Assembly: GCA_040081625.1 (NCBI GenBank)
Contig: JBEBGD010000015.1
Span: 1 to 64,000, forward strand
Origin: Chthoniobacteraceae bacterium
GTDB lineage: Bacteria > Verrucomicrobiota > Verrucomicrobiia > Chthoniobacterales > Chthoniobacteraceae
DNA: 64,000 bases
Direction of reading: 5' to 3'
Part shown: piece after piece, positions 56,134-64,000 of the stretch
Position numbering within the stretch: the first letter of the stretch is position 1
How the letters are laid out: the number at the start of each line of letters is the position of its first letter
The notes under the pieces: model-generated
Told to the model about the DNA's origin: nothing
Seen by the model: only the letters and a program-made list of their open reading frames with translations
Databases searched by the model: none
Translations under genes and position numbers: made by a program

Positions 56134-58806
56134 ATGAACCCGCGCCTCATCCTCTCGATCTTCGTCGCTTCCGCCGCCCTCGCCCAGGAGCCCGCCGAGC
56201 CCAAGCCCACGCCCGAGCAGCTCGCCTTCTTCGAGAAGAAGATCCGCCCCGTGCTCGCGGACAAATGCTACAAATGCCACGCGGAAAACTCCGAGAAAAT
56301 CCGCGGCGGACTCGTGCTCGACACACGCGAAGGCATCCGTCGCGGCGGCGACAACGGCCCCGCCGTCGTCCCCGGCAACCTCACCGACTCGCTGCTCATC
56401 GACGCGATCCGTTACACGAACAAGGACACCGCGATGCCTCCCGAGAAATCCGGCGGCAAGCTGCCCGACGCCGTCATCGCCGACTTCGAGGCCTGGGTGA
56501 AGATGAACGCGCCCGATCCGCGCGACGGCACCGCGAAGGTCGTGGCGAAATTCGACGCCGATGAGGCGAAGAAGTGGTGGTCGTATCAGCCGCCGGTAAA
56601 AGCCGACGCGCCGACGGTGAAGGACACCGCGTGGCCGCGCGGAGAAATCGACCGCTTCATCCTCGCCGCGCTCGAGTCGAAGGACCTCAAGCCCGTCGCC
56701 GACGCCGACAAGACCACGCTGCTGCGTCGCGTTTACTTCGATCTCATCGGCCTGCCGCCGACGCTCAAGGAGATCGACGATTTCATCAAGGACACCTCCG
56801 CCGACGCCTTCACCAAGGTCGTGGACAAGCTGCTCGCGCAGCCGCAGTTCGGCGAACGCTGGGGCCGGCACTGGCTGGACGTCGCGCGCTTCGCGGAGTC
56901 CAGCGGCAAGGACGTGAACATCGCCTACCCGCACGCGTGGCGGTATCGCGACTACGTCATCGCGGCATTCAATGACGGCAAACCCTTCGATCAATTTCTG
57001 CGCGAGCAGATCGCCGGCGACCTCCTGCCGGCAAAGGACGATCGCGAGAAGGCGAACAACATCGTCGCCACGGGCTTCCTCGCCATCGGCGCCAAGTCGC
57101 ACAACGAACAAAATCCGCGCCAGTTCTACCTCGACCTCGTCGATGAGCAGATCGACTCGATGTCCCAGGCCTTCCTCGGCATCACCGTCGCCTGCGCGCG
57201 CTGCCACGATCACAAGTTCGACCCGATCCCGCAGCGCGACTACTACGCGCTCGCCGGCATCTTTTTGAGCACCGACACGCGCTGGGGCACTGCCAACGGC
57301 ATCCAGAATCGCCACGTCAACGACGCCATCGAACTGCCGCGCGGCGCGAATCCTCCGGTGATCGACCGCACGTTGACCTCCGCGGAGCGGGCGCAAAAAG
57401 AGAATGCCCTCGAGACAACGCGCGCCGAACTCGAGAAGGGCCGCCGCGAGCGATTTGCCCAAGGCCGTGGAGCGGGCGCCAATCTCGATCAGCGCGACCT
57501 GCAGCGATTGCTCTTTCAAACGACCGTTGCCGGCTTCCTCGAGGCGGAGCTGAAGTTTTTCGATGAAGACGGCACCGCGAAGCCGCTCGCGATGGCAACC
57601 AAGGATCTGCCGGCCACGCAGGCAGCGGGATTCGGGATGTTTGGAAACCGGCGTCCCGCCATGGGCGGCGGCTTCCCCGGTCGATTCGGCGGCGTCCGTC
57701 CGCCGGAATTCGCGAGCATCGCCGACGCGCGCCTCTACGCCCGTGGCGACGCGGACAAACCCACCGACCGCGTGCCGCGTGGCTTTCCCGCCGCACTCTC
57801 GCCCGGCCAGGGTCCGGACATCGCCAACGGCACCAGTGGCCGTCGCGAACTGGCCGACTGGCTCGTCTCGAAATCGAACCCGCTCACCGCGCGCGTCTTC
57901 GTGAACCGCGCGTGGTATTGGCTCTTCGGCCGCGGCATCGTCGAGAGCTGCGACAACTTCGGCACGACCGGCGCAAAGCCCGCGAACCAGGCGCTCCTCG
58001 ACACGCTCGCCGTGCGCTTCATGGACGCCGGCTGGAATGTGAAGGCGCTCGTCCGCGAGATCGTCCTCACCCGCGCCTACGCGCTCTCATCCAACTACGA
58101 CCCGAAGAACTTCCAGGCCGACCCCGACAACACGCTCGTGTGGCGCGCGAGCAAGCGCCGCCTCGACGCGGAATCCATCCGCGACGCGATGCTCTTTGCG
58201 AGCGGCGGGCTCGATCTCACCCAGCCCACCGCGAGTTTCATCGCCGAAAACGGCGACGGCCCAATCGGAGGTCCGCGCCCGCCCGGCGGCAGAGGGCTCG
58301 GTGGCCAGCGCCCGCCCGGCACGTCCGGCGACGACATCCAGAACGTCGTCGGCACGCATCGCAGCGTCTATCTACCGATCGCGCGCGACGTCGTGCCCGA
58401 CTCGCTCTCCGCGTTCGACTTCGTCGATTCCACGCTCGTCACCGGCACGCGCGACGCGACCAACGTGCCCGTGCAAGCGCTCTACCTGCTCAACAGCGAG
58501 TTCGTCGCCGACCAGTCGAAGGCGCTCGCCGCGCGCGTGCTCAAGGCCTACCCCGGCGGTCCGAACGCCTCCGCGATGGCGAACCTCGACCAGCGCACCA
58601 CCTACGCCTACTGGCTCGTCTTCAACCGCCAGCCCAACGCCGTCGAGAAGCAGGCCGCCGCGAATTTCTTCACGAAGTTCCCGAGCAACTACGCGAAGGG
58701 CGACACCTCCGCCGCGGGCCTCAAGAACCCCGGGCAGATCAACGCCGCGTGGACGAGCTTCTGCCGCGCGCTCTTTGCTGCGGCCGAGTTTCGCTACTTG
58801 AATTAG
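56134..58806 (+). CDS. Planctomycete cytochrome c + DUF1549/DUF1553 protein
   Basis: FFEKKIRPVL..CYKCH, ERWGRHWLDVARFAES, CARCHDHKFDP, NPLTARVFVNR, RRLDAE. Confidence 0.93.
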   Translation: MNPRLILSIFVASAALAQEPAEPKPTPEQLAFFEKKIRPVLADKCYKCHAENSEKIRGGLVLDTREGIRRGGDNGPAVVPGNLTDSLLIDAIRYTNKDTAMPPEKSGGKLPDAVIADFEAWVKMNAPDPRDGTAKVVAKFDADEAKKWWSYQPPVKADAPTVKDTAWPRGEIDRFILAALESKDLKPVADADKTTLLRRVYFDLIGLPPTLKEIDDFIKDTSADAFTKVVDKLLAQPQFGERWGRHWLDVARFAESSGKDVNIAYPHAWRYRDYVIAAFNDGKPFDQFLREQIAGDLLPAKDDREKANNIVATGFLAIGAKSHNEQNPRQFYLDLVDEQIDSMSQAFLGITVACARCHDHKFDPIPQRDYYALAGIFLSTDTRWGTANGIQNRHVNDAIELPRGANPPVIDRTLTSAERAQKENALETTRAELEKGRRERFAQGRGAGANLDQRDLQRLLFQTTVAGFLEAELKFFDEDGTAKPLAMATKDLPATQAAGFGMFGNRRPAMGGGFPGRFGGVRPPEFASIADARLYARGDADKPTDRVPRGFPAALSPGQGPDIANGTSGRRELADWLVSKSNPLTARVFVNRAWYWLFGRGIVESCDNFGTTGAKPANQALLDTLAVRFMDAGWNVKALVREIVLTRAYALSSNYDPKNFQADPDNTLVWRASKRRLDAESIRDAMLFASGGLDLTQPTASFIAENGDGPIGGPRPPGGRGLGGQRPPGTSGDDIQNVVGTHRSVYLPIARDVVPDSLSAFDFVDSTLVTGTRDATNVPVQALYLLNSEFVADQSKALAARVLKAYPGGPNASAMANLDQRTTYAYWLVFNRQPNAVEKQAAANFFTKFPSNYAKGDTSAAGLKNPGQINAAWTSFCRALFAAAEFRYLN

Positions 58807-58851
58807 CGGGCGCGCTTGACGGACCCCGGTCGCGCGCCGTCCGATGCGGGC

Positions 58852-59529
58852 GTGACTCCCGTCATCGCCGTCATCGTCGTTCTCGCCTACCTGCTCGGCT
58901 CGATCCCGTTCGGGTTGATCGTGTCGAAGTCGCGCGGCATCGACATCCGCGAGCACGGCAGCAAGAACATCGGCGCGACGAACGTGTGGCGCGTGCTCGG
59001 CAAGACGTGGGGCCTCACGACCTTCGCCGCCGACGTGCTCAAGGGCGTCGCCGCCATCCTGCTCGCGAAATGGATCGCCGATCACTGGCAGTATCCGGTC
59101 CCCCTGCCACGCGGTCGCGTCGGGCACGCGAATCTTCCGCATGATTTCGCCGGCATCGCCGCCGCGCTCGGCTGCATCCTCGGCCACAGCTTCCCCGTCT
59201 GGCTGCGATTCAAGGGCGGCAAGGGCGTCGCGACTTCGCTCGGCGTGATCGTCGGCATGATGCCGCTGGTCGCGCTCACCGACTTCGCGCTGTGGAGCGT
59301 CGTCTTCGCCGTGAGCCGCTACGTCTCGCTCGCGTCCATCGTCGCCGCCGCAGCGCTGCCGGTGCTCACCGTCGCGTTCATCTTCGCCGGCTGGGTGAAA
59401 GGCTGGGGCTACTTCTATTTCGCCGTCGCAGCCGGCCTGCTCGTGATCCGCCGCCACCGCGACAACATCAAGCGTCTCATGGCCGGCACCGAGAGTCGTT
59501 TCGAGCGGAAGAAGTCGGACGGCCAATGA
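58852..59529 (+). CDS. plsY: Glycerol-3-phosphate acyltransferase
   Basis: YLLGSIPFG, GSKNIGATN, DVLKG, GHSFP..FKGGKGVAT, HRDNIKRL. Confidence 0.95.
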   Translation: MTPVIAVIVVLAYLLGSIPFGLIVSKSRGIDIREHGSKNIGATNVWRVLGKTWGLTTFAADVLKGVAAILLAKWIADHWQYPVPLPRGRVGHANLPHDFAGIAAALGCILGHSFPVWLRFKGGKGVATSLGVIVGMMPLVALTDFALWSVVFAVSRYVSLASIVAAAALPVLTVAFIFAGWVKGWGYFYFAVAAGLLVIRRHRDNIKRLMAGTESRFERKKSDGQ

Positions 59530-60668
59530 GCCCCGTCCAGCCGCTCGACCTCAGCCAGCTCCGCGTCCTCCCGCTTGCGGAACGGCGCAGCCTCACACGC
59601 GCGGACGACATCCTCATCGCGCCGGATTCCGCGCCGCCACCGCTGCCGGAGAATCTCGCGAGCTTTGTGCACGATTGCGCGGCGAAGACGCGCGCGGCGC
59701 GCGATCGGGACGCGAGCGTCATGCTCATCTACGGCGCGCACCTTCTCCGCAATGGCGCCGCGCTGCTGCTCGACCGGCTGATGGAGCGCGGCTGGATCAC
59801 GCACCTCGCGACGAATGGCGCGGGCACGATTCACGACTGGGAGTTTGCGTGGTTCGGCGCGAGCACTGAGAGCGTGGAGATGAACGTCGCGAGCGGCACG
59901 TTCGGCACGTGGCACGAGACGGCGACGAACATCCACCTCGCGCTGATGACCGGCGCACTCGACGGACTCGGCTACGGGCGCGCGCTCGGGCGCTTCATCT
60001 GCGAGGACGGCGCCGATGTGCCCGAGGCGGACGAACTCGAGCGGATGATCCGCGCCGAGCCTGCGCTCGCCGGACCGCCGTCGGAAGTGCTGCGCGCGAT
60101 CCGCGACGGGCATGTTGTAGCCGCGTCGCTCTGCGACGCGCACGGCCCGGAGGGCCGTGGCTACAAGCGCGCGCGCGTCGAGCATCGGTGGAAGCACGCG
60201 TCCATCCTCGCATCCGCGTGGCGGCGCGGCGTGCCGGTCACGGTGCATCCCGGCATTGGCTACGACATCATTTCCAATCACCCGATCTTCAACGGCGCGG
60301 TGATCGGCCGCGCGGCGGAGTGGGACTTCAAGCTCTTCGCCGGCTCGGTCGCGCAGCTCGATGGCGGCGTCGTGATGTCGGTCGGCTCAGCGATCATGGG
60401 GCCGCAGGTGTTCGAGAAGTCGCTGAGCTGCGTGAACAATCTGCGCCTCCAGGGCGGCGGAGGAGTGGTCGCAGGGCACACGGTTTACGTCGTCGATCTG
60501 CAGGACGGCGGCGGGTGGGATTGGACGCGCGGCGAGCCGCCGAAGACCAACGCGGCCTACTACCTGCGCTTCTGCAAGAGCTTCTCCCGGATGGGCGCCC
60601 CGATGCACTACGTCCAGTGCGACAACGCCGCATTCATCCATCACCTCTGCCGCGAGCTCTGCGCATGA
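59526..60668 (+). CDS. Conserved hypothetical protein, deoxyhypusine-synthase-like fold suspected
   Basis: GAHL, LATNGAGTIHD, PVTVHPGIGYD, VGSAIMGPQVFEK. Confidence 0.7.
   Translation: MSPVQPLDLSQLRVLPLAERRSLTRADDILIAPDSAPPPLPENLASFVHDCAAKTRAARDRDASVMLIYGAHLLRNGAALLLDRLMERGWITHLATNGAGTIHDWEFAWFGASTESVEMNVASGTFGTWHETATNIHLALMTGALDGLGYGRALGRFICEDGADVPEADELERMIRAEPALAGPPSEVLRAIRDGHVVAASLCDAHGPEGRGYKRARVEHRWKHASILASAWRRGVPVTVHPGIGYDIISNHPIFNGAVIGRAAEWDFKLFAGSVAQLDGGVVMSVGSAIMGPQVFEKSLSCVNNLRLQGGGGVVAGHTVYVVDLQDGGGWDWTRGEPPKTNAAYYLRFCKSFSRMGAPMHYVQCDNAAFIHHLCRELCA
60115..60166. repeat. GTAG-tagged branched palindrome inside the CDS
   Basis: ttgtagc [cgcgtcgc tct gcgacgcg][cacggccc gga gggccgtg] gctacaa. 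Confidence 0.85.
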
Positions 60669-61675
60669 ATCCGGAGCGATTCGACAGGATCACCGAAGCA
60701 TACGCGGGGCTCCGCATCGCGGTTGTGGGCGACTACTGCCTCGACCGCTATCTCGAGATCGACCCGGCGCGACCGGAGACTTCGATCGAGACGGGCCTCG
60801 CCGTTCACAACGTCGTGAATGTCCGCGCGCAACCCGGCGCCGCGGGAACCGTCCTGAACAACCTCGTCGCGCTCGGCGTCGGCACGATCTTCGCGGTCGG
60901 CTTTTGCGGTGAAGATGGCGAGGGCTTCGAGTTGCGGCGCGCGCTCGGCTCACTCGCGGGCGTGAATCTCGATCACTTTCTCACCACACCACTCCGGCGC
61001 ACGTTCACCTATTGCAAGCCGCTCGTGCTCGAGCACGGCGCGCCGCCGCGCGAACTCAACCGGCTCGATTCCAAGAACTGGACACCGACGCCGCGAGCGG
61101 TCGCACAACGCATCGTCGAGTCGCTCGTCGCGCTCCGGTCGCAGGTCGATGCGGTCATCGTCATGGATCAAGTGGATGCCGCCGGAACGGGCGTGATCAC
61201 GCCGGAAGTGCTGCCGGTGCTCGGCGCATTCCCGCGCGTCATCGCCGACTCCCGGCGCGGGCTGCGCGACTATCCGCCGGTGATTTTCAAGATGAACGCC
61301 GCCGAGTTGCGCGCGCTCACCGGACGCGAGGCCGATGAATCCGGCGCCGCGCGGGAACTCGCTGGGCGGAACGGGCGCCCGGTCTTCGTCACGATGGCCG
61401 AGCGCGGCATCGTGGGCGCGGAGCCGGGCGGGACGGTCGAGCACGTTCCGGCGCTGCCCTTGCGCGGGCCGATCGATGTCGTCGGCGCGGGCGATTCTGT
61501 GACGGCAAATCTCGCCGCCGCGCTCGCCGCGGGCGCCACGACGCGAGAGGCGATCGAGATGGCGATCACGGCTTCTTCGCTGGTGATTCATCAGCTCGGC
61601 ACCACGGGCACCGCGAGCGTCGAGCTGTTGCGCGCGCTTGCGGTCGGGAATGCAGCGGCGTTGAGTGCGCGGTGA
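60665..61675 (+). CDS. PfkB-family kinase (RfaE/HldE kinase-like)
   Basis: VVGDYCLDRY, PGAAG, DVVGAGD. Confidence 0.85.
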   Translation: MNPERFDRITEAYAGLRIAVVGDYCLDRYLEIDPARPETSIETGLAVHNVVNVRAQPGAAGTVLNNLVALGVGTIFAVGFCGEDGEGFELRRALGSLAGVNLDHFLTTPLRRTFTYCKPLVLEHGAPPRELNRLDSKNWTPTPRAVAQRIVESLVALRSQVDAVIVMDQVDAAGTGVITPEVLPVLGAFPRVIADSRRGLRDYPPVIFKMNAAELRALTGREADESGAARELAGRNGRPVFVTMAERGIVGAEPGGTVEHVPALPLRGPIDVVGAGDSVTANLAAALAAGATTREAIEMAITASSLVIHQLGTTGTASVELLRALAVGNAAALSAR

Positions 61676-62280
61676 TGTTTCGATTTTTCCGCACGCTTTT
61701 GCTCGTGCTCGTGTGCTCCGCGGGGCTTGCCGCGGCCTTGCTCATCGGGCTGTCGTCCGAGCCGTTCTATTCCGCGCAGGAGTTGATCTCGTTCGGCCGT
61801 TACTCGAGTTGCGACGAGTTGATCGACGAGGCCGCGAAGAAGACCGGCGTCGATCCGGCGCTGCTCAAGGCCGTGGTGTGGCGAGAGAGCGCGTTTCATC
61901 CGGACAAGGTCGGCACGTCGGGCGAGCGCGGCTTGATGCAGGTGGGCGAAGCGGCGGCGACCGACTGGTCACGCGCGAAAAAGATCGAGACGTTCGTCCC
62001 GACCGATCTTTTCGAGCCGCGAACGAACCTCGAGGCGGGCACCTGGTATCTGAAACGTGCGCTCGATAAGTGGAAGGCGAAGGATGATCCCGTTCCTTTC
62101 GCGCTGGCCGAATACAACGCGGGCGCCGGCAGGCTCGATCGCTGGATCGCCGCGAGCGGTGTCGGCGCGAAGGCCGATTCGCGTGACCTGCTCAACGCGA
62201 TGGATTTTCCCGGCACACGCCGATACGTGGAGGAGATTTCGGCGCGGGCGAAATTTTACCGCAACCGCGGCGGACGCTGA
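61675..62280 (+). CDS. Lytic transglycosylase (SLT domain)
   Basis: RESAF, GLMQV, NLEAGTWYL, AEYNAG. Confidence 0.9.
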   Translation: MFRFFRTLLLVLVCSAGLAAALLIGLSSEPFYSAQELISFGRYSSCDELIDEAAKKTGVDPALLKAVVWRESAFHPDKVGTSGERGLMQVGEAAATDWSRAKKIETFVPTDLFEPRTNLEAGTWYLKRALDKWKAKDDPVPFALAEYNAGAGRLDRWIAASGVGAKADSRDLLNAMDFPGTRRYVEEISARAKFYRNRGGR

Positions 62281-62285
62281 TCCAG

Positions 62286-63035
62286 TCAGGGTGCGGCGCC
62301 GTCGATGATCGCGTCGATCGCCGTGCGCCACTCGCGCAGCGGGATGTAGTAGCTGCGGGTCGGCTGGTGTCCGGGTGCGGCGGGATCGCGGTCGAAAAAT
62401 GTGTCGTTCTGGTCGTCCACGTCGATGCCGATGGCGGCGAGTTTCCACACACCACTGAACCGGATGAACAGCCCGCACCCGGAGTCGGCATTCGCGAGCG
62501 ACGTCTCGCGGGCGTCGCGATCGAAGACCGTCGCGACGCGCAGTCCGTCGGGGCGCTCGACGAGCTTGGGCAGCGTGGTATTCAGCCCCCAGCGTTTGGT
62601 GCGGATGTCGCCCCATCGCCATCCCCGCTCCGCGAGCGACGCACCCGCGCCAAGGCCCCAACCGATGACGGTGCAGCGCCGCGAAAGGACGTTTTCACGC
62701 GGCCCGATGAGTGGCAGTCGCGGGAGCCCGGGATCGCCGGCGATGCGGATGAGCTTGAGATCCTCGCCGCCGATGCGCTTTGGCTTGAATCGCGTGTCGC
62801 GTTTCCAGTGCCTGCCGTTCAAGCGCCCGGCATCGATGTGCGCGACGTGGTTCGCGGTGAGGATGAACCGCTTGCCGAGATACACGCCCGAGCCGTCGGG
62901 CAGGCCGACTTGCGCGGCGTGACGCCACGGCGCGCCGTTCGGCGGTGTTTGCTGATGCTCGGCTGGATCGCCGTCGTTCAGCACGATCGCCGAGGCGCGT
63001 GCGGCAACGATGAGCAGCAGCCAGCGCGGGCTCAG
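62286..63035 (-). CDS. Trypsin-like serine protease (start uncertain)
   Basis: GSGVYLG..LTANHV, DLKLIRI, IGWG, ADSG. Confidence 0.7.
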   Translation of the reverse strand: MSPRWLLLIVAARASAIVLNDGDPAEHQQTPPNGAPWRHAAQVGLPDGSGVYLGKRFILTANHVAHIDAGRLNGRHWKRDTRFKPKRIGGEDLKLIRIAGDPGLPRLPLIGPRENVLSRRCTVIGWGLGAGASLAERGWRWGDIRTKRWGLNTTLPKLVERPDGLRVATVFDRDARETSLANADSGCGLFIRFSGVWKLAAIGIDVDDQNDTFFDRDPAAPGHQPTRSYYIPLREWRTAIDAIIDGAAP

Positions 63036-64000
63036 AGCCCTTCGCCGGCCTTGAGCGTTTTGCGGCCCTCGTAGATCACGTCCTTGTAGGTCGCGCCGGC
63101 GGGGATCATCGGCAGCACGTGCTCGGTGTAAGGCACCATCACTTCGAGCAGGCACGCCGTCTTCTGCGCGAGGAACCACTCCATCGCGGCCTTGAGGTCG
63201 CGCTTGTGCTCGACGCGGCGCGACGGCACGCCGAAGCCCTCGCAGATTTTCATGAAGTCCGGATAGATCGTCTTCGTGTCGGCGACGACGCGGGCTTCGT
63301 CCTCGAACAAGCCGAGGAAAGTGTGGCCGCGGTTCGAGGCGAAGAAGCGATCCTCCCACTGCACGACCATGCCGAGGTGGAGATTGTTCAAGACGAGCGC
63401 CTTCGCGGCGATGCCCTCGACGCGCGCCATCGCGAGCTCCTGGATATTCATCACGAAGGAGCCGTCACCGTCGATGTCGATGACTTCCTTGTCGGGGCAC
63501 GCGACCTTCGCGCCGAGCGCGGCGGGATAGCCGAAGCCCATCGAGCCGAGCCCGAGCGAGGAGATGAACTGCCGCGGGCGATCCACCGGATAATACTGCG
63601 CGGCCCACATCTGGTGCTGCCCGACGCCGGTGGTGATGATCGCGTCGCCGGCGGTCATCTCGTGCAGCAGCTCGATCGCATACTGCGGCTGGATGGCGTC
63701 CTCGGTGTCCTGGTAGCAAAACGGGAACTGCTCCTTCCACGCGGCGATCTGCGCGCGCCACTCGGGGTAAAGCGTGAAGGTCTTCGCGTGGCGCTCGTAA
63801 CCGGCGCTCGCGAGCATCTCGTTCAGCCGCGCGAGCGCATACTTCACGTCGCTCTGGATCGGCAGGCGCACGACCTTGTTCTTGTTGATCTCGGCGTTGT
63901 CGATGTCGATGTGGACGATCGTGCCGTGCTCACAGAAAGTGGCGAATTTGCCCGTAACACGGTCATCGAATCGCGCACCGACGGCGATGAGCAGATCGGC
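63032..64000 (-). CDS. ilvB: Acetolactate synthase large subunit (3' part)
   Basis: GARFDDRVTG, GVGQHQMWAAQ, GLGSMGFG, DGDGSF, LGMVVQW, VLPMIP. Confidence 0.95.
   Translation of the reverse strand, partial: ADLLIAVGARFDDRVTGKFATFCEHGTIVHIDIDNAEINKNKVVRLPIQSDVKYALARLNEMLASAGYERHAKTFTLYPEWRAQIAAWKEQFPFCYQDTEDAIQPQYAIELLHEMTAGDAIITTGVGQHQMWAAQYYPVDRPRQFISSLGLGSMGFGYPAALGAKVACPDKEVIDIDGDGSFVMNIQELAMARVEGIAAKALVLNNLHLGMVVQWEDRFFASNRGHTFLGLFEDEARVVADTKTIYPDFMKICEGFGVPSRRVEHKRDLKAAMEWFLAQKTACLLEVMVPYTEHVLPMIPAGATYKDVIYEGRKTLKAGEGL

Overview
High-GC bacterial chromosomal window, most consistent with Verrucomicrobiota (Chthoniobacterales-like). This assignment is inferred from gene content: a PVC-type heme/dehydrogenase protein, a DUF1549/DUF1553 cytochrome protein, a PQQ-propeller protein and the metG/bamA-skp-lpxD arrangement. 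It holds about 59 mostly housekeeping CDS: glycosyltransferases, metG, bamA-skp-lpxD, deoC, hrpB, an ECF sigma operon, xth, two sensor kinases, yggS, nadA, a TonB receptor, rpoN, GTP-PEPCK, leuC/leuD, folP, a PHP histidinol phosphatase, pta, plsY and ilvB. I recognised no rRNA, tRNA, CRISPR array, integrase, reverse transcriptase or transposase. The unusual material is at a smaller scale. (1) A low-GC four-helix-bundle (IVS/Avd-like) gene sits inside 38-bp inverted arms of tandem heptamers within the pta locus. (2) Several gene-less hairpins are built the same way from 6- or 9-mer repeats, alongside GGAG/GTAG REP-like doublets. (3) Two such palindromes sit in frame inside proteins. (4) Two sharply bounded intragenic patches (in metG and the heme protein) lose the genome's codon bias while keeping the frame. 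(5) An ETR1-type ethylene-receptor kinase is present. (6) Two apparent pseudoproteases are present, an HtrA-like and a rhomboid-like protein. All calls are by eye; no searches were run.
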